A stretch of DNA of 64,000 bases, taken from an uncultured Desulfatitalea sp. (GTDB lineage Bacteria > Desulfobacterota > Desulfobacteria > Desulfobacterales > Desulfosarcinaceae). The stretch lies in NCBI GenBank assembly GCA_963668675.2, contig CAXXMB010000001.1, positions 1,088,001 to 1,152,000 of the forward strand, given 5' to 3'. Below are positions 1 to 10,668 of the stretch, in pieces (position 1 is the first letter of the stretch; every line of letters starts with the position of its first letter). Made by a program: the position numbers and the translations under genes. The notes under the pieces are model-generated. The model was not told the origin of the DNA and searched no databases. It worked only from the letters and a program-made list of their open reading frames with translations.

Positions 1-15
1 TGCGTTATCTGTCAT
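1..15 (-). CDS. 5' end of a gene running off the window, probably dihydrolipoamide dehydrogenase (PDH E3)
   Basis: ATG ACA GAT AAC GCA on the minus strand preceded by a GAAGGAG SD-like sequence. Identity is inferred only from its position after aceE-aceF. Confidence 0.35.
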
Positions 16-133
16 GGAAATTTCTCCTTCTTCCGCCTGATCGAATTGCTGTCGCCTCCAAGCACCACCAACCTTCCCCAATAGGACGTGGATGCGGTTT
101 CAAACGGTATCTTATCAAACGTGATACCTAACG

Positions 134-1465
134 CTAATCCAAATGGAGGTTGAACGGTTGCTCCAGACATTCGCAGATCCACCTGAGGAACCGCGCTGCA
201 TCAGCGCCATCGATGATGCGGTGGTCATAGGAGAGCGCCAGCGGAAGCATCGAACGGGGCTGAAACGCCCCGTCGAGGTAGAGCGGTTCTACAGCGGTCC
301 TGCTGATGCCCAAAATTGCCGCCTGGGGCCACATGACGATGGGGGTGAACTGTGTGCCACCGATACCGCCCTGATTGGAGATGGTGAAGCTGCCCCCCTC
401 CATCTCATCTGGCTTTATCTTTTTATTGCGAGCCCGTTCGGCCAGGTCACTGATATCGGCGGCCAGTTCGCTGATGCTTTTGCCATCGGCATTGCGAATG
501 ACCGGAACAAGCAGCCCTCGTTCGGTGTCCACAGCGACACCGATATGAACATACTTTTTGAATATCAATCGATTACCCCCCATATCGATGCTGGCGTTGA
601 AACGGGGGAATTTCAACAAAGCGGCCGCGCACACCTTGGCCACCACCGCCGTTACGGTAAGTTTGATACCGCGGCGCTGCAGTTTGGCCCCCTTATTCTT
701 TAAAAAGCTCTCCAGAAGGGTGATATCGCTTCGGTCGAACTGGGTCACATGCGGCACCATCTGCCATGACGTGGCCGTGCTTTGGGCGGTCAGTCGACGC
801 ACCGCCGGCAGCTCGACCGGCTCGATTTCGCCCCAACGGCTGAAATCGGGCAGGGAGGGTTCGTGGGCGGGGATGGTCGGACCGGATGGTGCAGCAGCGC
901 CACCCTGTTTCACGAAGGCCTTCACGTCGTCCTCGGAGATGCGCCCCCCGGGCCCATGGCCTTGAACCTGGTAAATGTCGACTCCCAATTCACGCGCAAA
1001 TCGCCTTACCGAGGGGGCTGCCGGAGCGGGTGGCCGTTTCGTTTCAGGCTCGGACTGGCCAGGTCCGTCATCTTTTCGCGTCGATTGATCAATGTCACGC
1101 GAGCTCTTGCGAGTGGTGGCTTTTTCCTCATCGGAGTCGTCGGACACCCGTTCGGAAGACGCCTTGGTCTTTTTGTGAACCTTGGCCTCTGCCGGTTCGT
1201 CCGCCGTCTTGGATGTCTCGTTTTGATCGGACGTCTCGATCTTTGCGATCAGATCGCCGACTTTCAACTCCTGCCCTTCTGAGATCGGTATCTCCACGAT
1301 CTTGCCATAAGCAGTAGAGGGAATTTCGACCAGTGCCTTCTCGGTCTCGAATTCGATAAGGATATCGTCGATCTCAACCGTCTCCCCGACTTGAACCAGC
1401 ACCTTGACCACCTTGCCGCTGGTGACATTCTCACTGATTTCCGGAATCCTGACCTCTTCTATCAT
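134..1465 (-). CDS. aceF: Dihydrolipoamide acetyltransferase, PDH E2 (single lipoyl domain)
   Basis: Lipoyl motif ETEKA, E3-binding APSVRRFARELGVD...GPGGRI, catalytic YDHRIIDG. Start set at MIEEV after a GGGAG SD. Confidence 0.92.
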   Translation of the reverse strand: MIEEVRIPEISENVTSGKVVKVLVQVGETVEIDDILIEFETEKALVEIPSTAYGKIVEIPISEGQELKVGDLIAKIETSDQNETSKTADEPAEAKVHKKTKASSERVSDDSDEEKATTRKSSRDIDQSTRKDDGPGQSEPETKRPPAPAAPSVRRFARELGVDIYQVQGHGPGGRISEDDVKAFVKQGGAAAPSGPTIPAHEPSLPDFSRWGEIEPVELPAVRRLTAQSTATSWQMVPHVTQFDRSDITLLESFLKNKGAKLQRRGIKLTVTAVVAKVCAAALLKFPRFNASIDMGGNRLIFKKYVHIGVAVDTERGLLVPVIRNADGKSISELAADISDLAERARNKKIKPDEMEGGSFTISNQGGIGGTQFTPIVMWPQAAILGISRTAVEPLYLDGAFQPRSMLPLALSYDHRIIDGADAARFLRWICECLEQPFNLHLD

Positions 1466-1559
1466 ACGGGCTCCCTGTGGTTTGGTTGGTTGCCATCCAT
1501 GCATAAGGTTCCGTTGCAGGTTTATGTTTGGTGGCCGTCAGGCTTTCCGGCCGCGATCG

Positions 1560-4262
1560 CTAGTAAAATAGGGGGTTTTCTTTATCCGGTTCTATTTTTA
1601 ACGCCTTGGCGGCCCTCTTGACGTCGGCCACGGCGATTCGCTTTTCCCGCGCCAACGCACTCAGGGCAGCAAAGGCGATGTGGCGGGCATCGACTTCGAA
1701 AAAGTCGCGCAGCGCCTCACGGGACTCGCTGCGGCCATAACCATCGGTTCCCAACAGGGTCACCGGACCCGGAATCCATTTGGCAACACTGGCCGGCAGT
1801 GTTTTGACGTAATCGGAAGCGGCAACGAAAATTCCGTCCTCCTTGCCCAACTGCTGTTCAATATAGTTTTGCCGGGGTTTGCGCTCCGGATGGCGCCAAT
1901 TCCAACGTTCTGTTTCGATGGCATCCCAGTATAGGTTTTTATAACTGGTTACGCTCCATACATCCACCGAAACGTCGTAGGACCCTTCGAGGATCTCCCT
2001 GGCCTTGAGGACTTCGTTCAAAATAGTGCCGCTGCCCAGCATGTGTACCTTGCTCTTGCCCCCCTTTTTTTCGGATCGCGCAAAGCGATAGAGGCCTTTC
2101 AGTATGCCCTCCTCGACCCCTTCGGGTTTGACTGGCATGGGGTAGAGCTCGTTCATGATAGTAATGTAGTAAATGATGTTCTCCCCCGCCTCGAACATTC
2201 GCCGCATGCCCTCCCGGACAATCACCGCCAACTCGTATGCGAACGCCGGGTCGTAAGCCATGACGGAAGGATTGGCATATGCCAGCAGGTGACTGTGGCC
2301 GTCCTGGTGCTGCAACCCTTCTCCGGCCAAGGTGGTTCGCCCGGATGTGGCCCCAAGCAGAAACCCCCTTGTCTGTGCGTCTCCGGCGGCCCATATCAAG
2401 TCGCCGATGCGCTGGAAACCGAAGATCGAGTAGTAGAAAAAGAAGGGGATCATATTGATGCCGTGGGTCGAATATGCTGTCCCTGCTGCGATAAAAGAAG
2501 ACATGGCACCCGCTTCGGTGATGCCCTCTTCCAGAATCTGACCGTCTTTGGCTTCTCGGTAGTAGAGCAGGCTCTCCTTGTCCACCGGCTCGTAAGTCTG
2601 GCCAACGTGGGAGTAGATGCCGATGGCGCGAAACATCGACTCCATGCCGAAAGTACGGGCTTCGTCGGGAACGATGGGAACGATGTTTGGCCCGGTCTTC
2701 TTATCCTTTAGCAGTTTTGCCAACAGGTGCACCATCACCATGGTGGTGGCCACTTCCCGCTCGCCGCTTCCCTCCATGAACTCGTCATAGAACGATTCAC
2801 CCGGCGGACGGACGGACGGCACCGACCAGCTTCGCGCCGGTATATATCCGCCCAGTTGACGTCGGCGTTCCTGCAGGTATTTCATCTCTTCGCTCTCAGC
2901 CGCAGGCCTGTAAAACGGCATCTTTTGAATCTCTTCATCGGGAATGGGAATTCCAAAGCGGCTGCGGAAATAGCGCAGCTCCTCGTCGTTGAGCTTTTTT
3001 TGCTGATGAGTGACGTTGCGCCCCTCACCGGCCTCGCCGAGACCGTACCCCTTAATGGTCTTTGCGAGAATAACCGTTGGTGCTCCCTCGTGAGTCACCG
3101 CCGCTTGGTAGGCGGCGTAAACCTTCTGGGGATCATGCCCCCCCCTGCGAAGCTTGAAAAGCTGCTCATCGGAATAGTTACGAACCATCTGTTCAAGCTG
3201 GGGATATCGGCCGAAGAAATCGTTGCGGATATAGTCGCCGCCGGCCACCGAGTACATCTGGTACTGGCCGTCGGGGACCTCCTCCATGCGCTTGATGAGC
3301 ACCCCCTCCTCATCCTGGGCAAGCAGTGGATCCCAATCGGCGCCCCAAATGACCTTGATCACGTTCCAGCCGGCCCCGCGAAAAGCGGCCTCGAGTTCCT
3401 GTATGATCTTTCCGTTTCCGCGCACCGGGCCATCCAGGCGCTGCAGATTGCAGTTGACCACAAAAATAAGGTTATCCAGCCGCTCCCGTGAGGCCAGGGT
3501 GATGGCGCCCAGGGACTCGGGCTCATCTATTTCGCCGTCACCCAAAAAGGCCCACACCTTCTGATCGTCGGGCGATTTCAATCCGCGGTCCTGCAGGTAG
3601 CGATTGAAACGTGCCTGGTAGATAGCCATCAGTGGGGACAACCCCATGGAGACAGTGGGAAATTGCCAGAACTCCGGCATCAAGTAAGGGTGCGGATAGG
3701 AAGAGAGCCCTCCGCCGGGTTTCAATTCCCGGCGGAAGTTCTCCAGGTGCTTTCGATCGATACGTCCCTCTAAAAAGGCGCGGGCGTATATGCCCGGGGC
3801 TGCGTGGCCCTGAAAATAGACGATGTCACCCGGATGGTTGGCGCTTTTGGCTCTGAAGAAGTGGTTGAAACCCACCTCGTAAAGCGTGGCGGAGGAGGCG
3901 TAGGTGGAGATATGGCCGCCGATACCGCTGCTTTCCCGATTGGCCCTCACCACCATCGCCATGGCATTCCAGCGGATGATGCTTTTGATGCGCCGCTCGA
4001 TCTCACGGCTACCAGGATAGGCCGGTTGCCGGTCTGTTGAAATGGTGTTGATATAAGGGGTGTTTGCTGAAAATGGAAACGCCGCGCCCCGCTCCTGGGC
4101 GCGGGTTTGCAGCAAGCGCAGTAGTTCGTGCACACGCTCCGGGCCCTGGTTTTCGTATACGTAATCGAGAGATTCTATCCACTCCCTGTTCTCATGGATC
4201 AGATCCTCGAGACCGCCGATGGTGCTCTCGCTTTCTTCTGTTGACATAGGCCTGTACTCCAT
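1560..4262 (-). CDS. aceE: Pyruvate dehydrogenase E1, homodimeric AceE type
   Basis: GGHISTYAS, SSYPHP, ThDP motif GDGE...NCNLQRLDGPV, GEGLQHQDGH; ~900 aa. Confidence 0.96.
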   Translation of the reverse strand: MEYRPMSTEESESTIGGLEDLIHENREWIESLDYVYENQGPERVHELLRLLQTRAQERGAAFPFSANTPYINTISTDRQPAYPGSREIERRIKSIIRWNAMAMVVRANRESSGIGGHISTYASSATLYEVGFNHFFRAKSANHPGDIVYFQGHAAPGIYARAFLEGRIDRKHLENFRRELKPGGGLSSYPHPYLMPEFWQFPTVSMGLSPLMAIYQARFNRYLQDRGLKSPDDQKVWAFLGDGEIDEPESLGAITLASRERLDNLIFVVNCNLQRLDGPVRGNGKIIQELEAAFRGAGWNVIKVIWGADWDPLLAQDEEGVLIKRMEEVPDGQYQMYSVAGGDYIRNDFFGRYPQLEQMVRNYSDEQLFKLRRGGHDPQKVYAAYQAAVTHEGAPTVILAKTIKGYGLGEAGEGRNVTHQQKKLNDEELRYFRSRFGIPIPDEEIQKMPFYRPAAESEEMKYLQERRRQLGGYIPARSWSVPSVRPPGESFYDEFMEGSGEREVATTMVMVHLLAKLLKDKKTGPNIVPIVPDEARTFGMESMFRAIGIYSHVGQTYEPVDKESLLYYREAKDGQILEEGITEAGAMSSFIAAGTAYSTHGINMIPFFFYYSIFGFQRIGDLIWAAGDAQTRGFLLGATSGRTTLAGEGLQHQDGHSHLLAYANPSVMAYDPAFAYELAVIVREGMRRMFEAGENIIYYITIMNELYPMPVKPEGVEEGILKGLYRFARSEKKGGKSKVHMLGSGTILNEVLKAREILEGSYDVSVDVWSVTSYKNLYWDAIETERWNWRHPERKPRQNYIEQQLGKEDGIFVAASDYVKTLPASVAKWIPGPVTLLGTDGYGRSESREALRDFFEVDARHIAFAALSALAREKRIAVADVKRAAKALKIEPDKENPLFY

Positions 4263-4631
4263 TTGATTTGAAGAGGCGCAAACGCGTTTGCCGCTGGAAG
4301 AGTCCTCTGGCTTTCTGATTTTTCACACACAGCGCATTGTGACGTCACTTATCGACCGTACTTTTATTATGACCAGATGGGCTTAACTTGTTAAACTATA
4401 TCTCGATATAGGGTATGACAAGAGCTGGTGACGTCTAAGGTAGATACTTTCCAACACTACCGGTACATGGTAGAGTGCCCTCACAGCATCTGAGCAGGCT
4501 GATTCAAAAGGGGTATCGCCTTGATTGATAGACCATTCGCCGGTACCACCGCAAGCCCCCATAGCCGGGCTACCATACGCATCCGCTTATGCCCGATAGA
4601 TAGACCCGAAAATTACCACAAGGAGCACATT

Positions 4632-6272
4632 ATGCCAGTGAGTCAACAAGCAGGCCGGCCGGCTGAGATAAACATGCTGGCCAATATTCCCGATTTGATC
4701 ACATCCTATTACAGTCGCAAACCGGACACCGCCATCCCAGAGCAACGGGTGGCGTTCGGCACTTCGGGTCATCGCGGCTCTTCACTGAAAAACAGCTTCA
4801 ATGAGGCGCATATCCTCGCCATAAGTCAGGCCATTTGCGAGTACCGTCACAAACAGGGCATTTCCGGCCCACTCTATCTGGGAATGGACACCCATGCCCT
4901 TTCGACGCCAGCTTTGGCCACGGCACTTGAAGTGCTGGCGGGCAACGGGGTGGACGTCATGATCGCCCCAGGCAACGAGTATACCCCTACACCGGCCATC
5001 TCTCATGCCATCCTGGTTCACAATAGCGGCCGTAAGCAGGGACTGGCCGACGGTATCGTGATCACCCCTTCACACAATCCCCCGGAAGATGGCGGTTTTA
5101 AATACAACCCGCCCAACGGCGGGCCGGCGGGCAGCGACATAACAGCCTGGATCGAGGATCGGGCCAACGCGTTGATGGCCGACGGCCTGAAGGCCGTCCG
5201 CCGAGTGGGTTACGAACGGGCGTTGAAAGCGGATACGACTCACATACACGACTTCATCGACGCCTATACCCGCGACCTGATCAATGTGATCGACATGGAT
5301 GCGATACGCGGGGCCGGTATTGCCCTGGGGGTCGACCCCATGGGCGGATCGGGCGTGAACTACTGGTCGGTCATCGCCGATCGCTACGACTTGAATCTTA
5401 CTGTCGTGGACGACAGTGTAGACCCCACCTTTCGTTTCATGTCCCTCGATTGGGATGGTCGTATCCGCATGGACCCCTCCTCTTCCTACGCCATGCAGCG
5501 GCTGATCGGCCTAAAGGAGCGTTTCGAGATTGGCTTCGGGTGCGATACCGACCACGACCGCCACGGCATCGTGACGCGCAGCCGGGGGTTGATGCCGCCC
5601 AATCACTACCTGGCGGTTTGCGTCTACTACCTGTTTCAAAACCGCCCCCAATGGCCGCTGGCAGCGGCAGTCGGCAAAACGCTGGTGAGCAGCCAGATGA
5701 TCGACCGCGTGGCCGCCCATCTCGGCAGGCACATCTACGAAGTGCCGGTGGGTTTCAAGTGGTTTGTGGATGGGCTGCTGGACGGCTCACTGGGATTTGG
5801 CGGAGAGGAGAGCGCCGGGGCGTCATTCGAACGCATGGACGGCTCGGCCTGGTCAACTGACAAGGATGGCATCATCGCCTCGCTGCTGGCGGCCGAGATA
5901 ACGGCCCGCATGGACCGGGATCCGGGCGACATCTATGCCGATCTGGAGAACCAATTCGGTGCACCGCTCTACGAGCGAATCGATGCGCCGGCCACCAAAG
6001 CCCAAAAAGCCGCCCTGTCCAAGCTGACGCCCGAAAAGCTTAAGCTCGACACGCTGGCCGGCGAGCCTGTCGAATCGGCCCTGACCAAGGCACCAGCTAA
6101 CAACGCTGCCATCGGTGGATTGAAAGTGTCCGCTGCAAACGGTTGGTTTGCCGCCCGACCGTCAGGCACCGAGGACATCTACAAGATTTATGCGGAGAGT
6201 TTTAAAGGGAAGGCGCATTTGAAAAAAATACAGGCCGAGGCCCAGGCGATCGTCACATCGGCAGTTGAATGA
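4632..6272 (+). CDS. pgm: Phosphoglucomutase (alpha-D-glucose-1,6-bisphosphate-dependent)
   Basis: [14 protein letters not shown] phosphoserine loop, DTDHDR metal loop, GEESAG, RPSGTE. AGGAG SD before ATG 4632. Confidence 0.96.
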   Translation: MPVSQQAGRPAEINMLANIPDLITSYYSRKPDTAIPEQRVAFGTSGHRGSSLKNSFNEAHILAISQAICEYRHKQGISGPLYLGMDTHALSTPALATALEVLAGNGVDVMIAPGNEYTPTPAISHAILVHNSGRKQGLADGIVITPSHNPPEDGGFKYNPPNGGPAGSDITAWIEDRANALMADGLKAVRRVGYERALKADTTHIHDFIDAYTRDLINVIDMDAIRGAGIALGVDPMGGSGVNYWSVIADRYDLNLTVVDDSVDPTFRFMSLDWDGRIRMDPSSSYAMQRLIGLKERFEIGFGCDTDHDRHGIVTRSRGLMPPNHYLAVCVYYLFQNRPQWPLAAAVGKTLVSSQMIDRVAAHLGRHIYEVPVGFKWFVDGLLDGSLGFGGEESAGASFERMDGSAWSTDKDGIIASLLAAEITARMDRDPGDIYADLENQFGAPLYERIDAPATKAQKAALSKLTPEKLKLDTLAGEPVESALTKAPANNAAIGGLKVSAANGWFAARPSGTEDIYKIYAESFKGKAHLKKIQAEAQAIVTSAVE

Positions 6273-6291
6273 AGATCTCTGCTGCAGATCA

Positions 6292-6319
6292 GGGCGGGCG
6301 CAAAACTCGCCCCCCTTTT
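6292..6319 (+). terminator. Probable intrinsic terminator after pgm
   Basis: GGGCGGG/CTCGCCC stem followed by CCCTTTT, between convergent genes. Confidence 0.45.
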
Positions 6320-6339
6320 CTTCCGGTCAATCTGTCGGG

Positions 6340-9138
6340 CTACTCGTTGGCAGGCGTCACAGGTGTATCGGCTCCTGTATGAGTCTGGGCGTCTTCCCCT
6401 TCATCTGATTCCGCTGGCGTCTCCTCCGGCGCCTTGTGCACCTCAACATCCGAGGGCACCTGTTCCGTTGTCGGCGCGGATTCAATCGTATTTTCCGGCT
6501 CAGGTTCCGGTGCGGCCACCGGCTTGTTTTCCATGGTGGGGAAACGCTGTTCGAGGTCCTCCATCTCCTTGCTCACGCGCTCTTTGAGTGTTTCGTAAGC
6601 AGCCTCAAGGGAAGTTTCCATGACGGCCACCCTGCCCTCGCTCATGATAATACGCTGCAGTTCGGGAATGCTGACCCTGGAGGTGGATTTGAGATAGACC
6701 GGCTGAATAAAGAAAATGCTGTTTTCCACCGGCATGATAATCATCTTGCCGCGCACCACCGATGAACCGGCCTGATCCCACAATGTAAACTGCTGGGCAA
6801 TGGCGGGATCCTGGTTGATCAGGGCATCGATCTGGGCCGGTCCATAGACCAACTCGCCTTTGGGGAAATCGTAAATGATGATCTTACCGTAGTTTTCCCC
6901 GTCGCAACCGACAACGGCCATGGAGCGCAGGTTGTCGCGTCCTTTTGGGAACATGGGCAAAAGCAGCATGAAATCAAGCTGTCCCGGTTTGATCAGGTCG
7001 AGGGTCAGGTAGTAGGGCTTCAGGGGGACCGTGGTCTCTTCACCCAGTGCCTCGGCAAACGTCCACAGGTCTTCCTGCTGGAAAAAAACCTGGGGATCTG
7101 TTTGATGGTATTTTGCATAGATCTGCATCTGAATATCGAAAAACCCTTTGGGATATCGCACGTGCTTTTTTAAATCCTCCGGCATGCTCTCCTTGTCTTT
7201 AAAGAACCCCGGATAGATGCGCCGGTAAGCGTTGATGATCGGATCGGATGTATCGTATGCGTAAAAATCCACGTTGCCGTGGTAGGCGTCCACCACAATC
7301 TTAACGCTGTTGCGGATATAGTTGATGGTGCTGTTTTTCTGACGATAGGTTGCGGACGCAGGATACCATGCTGAAGTGGTATAGGCGTCGATGATCCAGT
7401 ACATCCCTTTGGGTGTGACAGCAATGTATGGTGTCTGGTCCAATTTCAGATAGGGGGCCAGATAGCGCACCCGCTTGAGAACCTGTCTGCGGAATAGAAC
7501 TTTGCTCTTCTCTGTGATCTTGGTCGAGAAAAAAATATTTCTGTTTCCAAAGTAGTAGGCGAAGAGCGCTTTGCGCGCCAGTGATGAGATGGGCACGCCA
7601 CCGCGCCCATCGTAATCCCTGGTCACATTGCTGCCGCCTTTTGGGTAATCCATTTCACCGGCCTTGTTGGGGGCAATGGCATATGGATACTCGGAGAGAC
7701 CATAGTATATCCGGGGCTGGCCGATCTCGATGCCGTATTGCGATTCGGCCGGGATGTTGCGCACGAACCAGGTCATGGGGTTGCCGCTCACCTGGCTGGC
7801 CGGCGTCATGACCAACCCATTACCATGGGTATAGATTATGTGATTGTTGATCCAGTTATTGGCATCACCCGGCAGGTTACCGTATTCGAGTTCCCGCGGT
7901 GACAGAAACACCTGCTGATAATTGCCGGCCACAGTGTAGCGGCCCACGCTGACCAACGGAAAAGTGTAGTAAGAGCGCAGCTCCTGCATCTGCTGGAAAA
8001 CCGTCTCCAGAGTGGCGGCATCCCACACCGGGATGTTGCGCAAAATGCCCTGCACCTGATTAACGGCCGATCCTATGGGAAACCGCTGGTGCTTGAAATC
8101 GAGCGTCTTCACATCGTTCAGGTCGTACGCATCCAAGGTTGTCTGGATGCTTTTGCCGATGTAGGCACTCTCCTTTTCGATCTCATTTGGCTTGACCCAG
8201 TAGGTCTGCACAAGTTCGGGGAAAAAAGTGGTATGGCGCGCGGCCAACGCCACCGCCAGGCCGACCAAGACGCCGACGAACAGTTTAATCCCTTTGCGGG
8301 ATTGCATCACCACGATCAGCATGATCCCCGTGGCCGCCAGCAGTGCCATACTGACCCAGATGAGCGGGACGATGATGTTCATCTGCACGTAGCCCGGACC
8401 GAAAAAGAGGGGTTGATGGCTGATGTCGTAAACCAATCCATAGCGCTGAAGCATCAGGCCCCAAATTTCGATGGCGAACACGCTGAGCAGCAGGATGCTC
8501 AGATGCCATTTGGCAACGCCCGAGAATGAAAAGAGCCGTTTGACCAGCAGCCGGTTTTTAATCATATACAAAATGAAAAGGGCGGCCAGCAGTACCAGCA
8601 GCGCGAAAAGCACTCTTCGCTGCAGCATGCTGTAGATGGGAAAGGAAAAGAGGTAGTAGGAAACGTCCCTGCCGAAGAAAGGCTCCTGGACACCGGCCCC
8701 CTGTCCGAAAATAAAGAAGAGAAACTTCTCCCAATGCTTGTAAAGTGGCATGGCCAGCGGGATACTCATGGCCAGTGACAGCGGTGCGTAGACAATGATG
8801 GAGCCGCTCTGAAAGGCTTTTATGATCGATCTGTATCCTTTCGGGCTTGAATTTGCTTCGCCCTTGGGTACCCGCCTGAGCGAGCGGGAGGCGATCCAGA
8901 AATTCAGGAAAAAGATCATGAAAAAAAGGAGTGAAACACCGGCAAATACCAAATAGCGATAGAGCAGGCGTTGCCAGTAGTAAAACTGATAACCGAGGCT
9001 CTCGAACCACCAGATATCCACCAGCTCGTTGATACCCACCATGCTGAAAAGAACGAAAATCAAAGCAAGCAGGGCGAGGATGGCGATGGAGACGATCAGG
9101 CGGCCTGAAAATTTTCTGTCGGCTTTAGTGTTTTGCAT
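6340..9138 (-). CDS. UPF0182 family integral membrane protein
   Basis: WFESLGY, multiple N-terminal TM helices, KPNE..KE..YI, YTHGNG, NYIRNSVK; ~930 aa. Confidence 0.9.
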   Translation of the reverse strand: MQNTKADRKFSGRLIVSIAILALLALIFVLFSMVGINELVDIWWFESLGYQFYYWQRLLYRYLVFAGVSLLFFMIFFLNFWIASRSLRRVPKGEANSSPKGYRSIIKAFQSGSIIVYAPLSLAMSIPLAMPLYKHWEKFLFFIFGQGAGVQEPFFGRDVSYYLFSFPIYSMLQRRVLFALLVLLAALFILYMIKNRLLVKRLFSFSGVAKWHLSILLLSVFAIEIWGLMLQRYGLVYDISHQPLFFGPGYVQMNIIVPLIWVSMALLAATGIMLIVVMQSRKGIKLFVGVLVGLAVALAARHTTFFPELVQTYWVKPNEIEKESAYIGKSIQTTLDAYDLNDVKTLDFKHQRFPIGSAVNQVQGILRNIPVWDAATLETVFQQMQELRSYYTFPLVSVGRYTVAGNYQQVFLSPRELEYGNLPGDANNWINNHIIYTHGNGLVMTPASQVSGNPMTWFVRNIPAESQYGIEIGQPRIYYGLSEYPYAIAPNKAGEMDYPKGGSNVTRDYDGRGGVPISSLARKALFAYYFGNRNIFFSTKITEKSKVLFRRQVLKRVRYLAPYLKLDQTPYIAVTPKGMYWIIDAYTTSAWYPASATYRQKNSTINYIRNSVKIVVDAYHGNVDFYAYDTSDPIINAYRRIYPGFFKDKESMPEDLKKHVRYPKGFFDIQMQIYAKYHQTDPQVFFQQEDLWTFAEALGEETTVPLKPYYLTLDLIKPGQLDFMLLLPMFPKGRDNLRSMAVVGCDGENYGKIIIYDFPKGELVYGPAQIDALINQDPAIAQQFTLWDQAGSSVVRGKMIIMPVENSIFFIQPVYLKSTSRVSIPELQRIIMSEGRVAVMETSLEAAYETLKERVSKEMEDLEQRFPTMENKPVAAPEPEPENTIESAPTTEQVPSDVEVHKAPEETPAESDEGEDAQTHTGADTPVTPANE

Positions 9139-9483
9139 CTTCTCGGGGACTTCCTTCTTTGTTGGACAATCTTACCCGGCCGCAAGCTTCAACAAAATAT
9201 GGTGACAGACTTAATGGCACAGGCTTTCGTAGATAACGAACGGGTTAATATGGCGAACCGCCGGTTACTGCGCCGTCATTGTACGCACGATTAAGGCAAC
9301 ATGCAACACCTTCATGTTTGCTGCGTTCAACTGGGCACCATCTGTGATGTGGTGACCAAAAACATCCATGACCTTCAACGATACGCTTCGTTCCACCCAC
9401 GGCCTTACTTCTTGGGAAAGTGCGGTGGCGTGCATATTGACAACTTTGTATCGACATGACAAAAGGGTTGCCGGACTCACCTT

Positions 9484-10623
9484 ATGGAAACCAGTCATCT
9501 TATCATTTTGGAAGACGCTTCGGCCATGGATGCCGTCGAGGACCAGAGCATCGAACTGGTGGTCACCTCTCCCCCCTACCCCATGATCCAGATGTGGGAT
9601 GAACTCTTTGGTACGGCCGACCCTTCGATCGAAAAGGCCTTGTCAGAAGGAGACGCCGACCTGGCTTTTGAAAAGATGCATCGCCTGTTGGACTGTGTAT
9701 GGGACGAAATCCGCCGGGTGTTGCGTCCGGGGGGGGTGGCGTGCATCAATATCGGAGATGCCACACGCACTTTTGACGGCCAGTTCCGGCTGTTTGCGAA
9801 CCACGCCCGCATTATTTCGGCGTTGACAGAGAGGGGTTTTACCCAGTTGCCGGCCATTCTATGGCGCAAACCGACCAACGCGCCGAACAAGTTCATGGGC
9901 TCGGGCATGCTGCCCCCCAATGCCTATGTGACCCTGGAGCACGAATACATCCTGGTGTTTCGCTGGGGCGCCAAGCGTGAGTTTTCACAGGAGGAGCCAA
10001 AGCGGTCGCGCCGGGAGAGCGCCTACTTCTGGGAAGAGCGCAACGGCTGGTTTTCAGATCTGTGGTTCGATCTGCGTGGTGTGGGCCAGGGAATGACTCC
10101 CAAGAACGGTAGAGAACGAAGCGGTGCGTTTCCTTTTGAACTGCCTTATCGACTTATCAATATGTACTCCGTTAGAGGTGATACGGTTCTCGACCCGTTC
10201 CTCGGTACAGGCACAACGATGCTGGCGGCCATGTGCAGCGGTCGAAACAGTATCGGTTTCGAAATCGAGGAGGCCTTCAAGACCATCATCCTGCAGCAGA
10301 TGGTTTCGGTACCGTCAATTGCCCAACAAACGGTCGAGCGACGAATCGAAGAACACCTTGCGTTTGTCTCCCAGCGCATAGCGGCCGGTAAAAATCTGAA
10401 ACATACCAACCGGCACTACAACTTTCCGGTGATGACCCGCCAGGAGGAGGAGCTGCGCTTCACCACCATTCAAGACATTCGATTTGTCGGAAGCGATCAT
10501 TTCCGCATCACATACGGAGAGTCGAAGCCGCCTCAAGAGCCGGAGTTCGGGCCTGAACGACCAACTGAAGAGCCCCACGGTACCAAGATCGTTCCCAAAC
10601 GGCGCCAGCTCAAACTGTTTTGA
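9484..10623 (+). CDS. Orphan beta-class amino-DNA methyltransferase (m4C/m6A)
   Basis: Catalytic motif TSPPY near the N-terminus and SAM-binding DPFLGTGTT near the C-terminus (beta order). No adjacent nuclease. Confidence 0.88.
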   Translation: METSHLIILEDASAMDAVEDQSIELVVTSPPYPMIQMWDELFGTADPSIEKALSEGDADLAFEKMHRLLDCVWDEIRRVLRPGGVACINIGDATRTFDGQFRLFANHARIISALTERGFTQLPAILWRKPTNAPNKFMGSGMLPPNAYVTLEHEYILVFRWGAKREFSQEEPKRSRRESAYFWEERNGWFSDLWFDLRGVGQGMTPKNGRERSGAFPFELPYRLINMYSVRGDTVLDPFLGTGTTMLAAMCSGRNSIGFEIEEAFKTIILQQMVSVPSIAQQTVERRIEEHLAFVSQRIAAGKNLKHTNRHYNFPVMTRQEEELRFTTIQDIRFVGSDHFRITYGESKPPQEPEFGPERPTEEPHGTKIVPKRRQLKLF

Positions 10624-10668
10624 TCAAAGCGTTGCCACAACCTTCGGGCATCCCCATTTGCAGATCGA

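Noticed and set aside
9215..9230. TGGCAC as a sigma54 promoter for the methyltransferase
   Set aside because: No GC at the -12 position (reads TTCG).
9245..9498. Small ORFs between the UPF0182 gene and the methyltransferase
   Set aside because: Overlapping short frames with no SD or recognisable motif; cannot support any as real.
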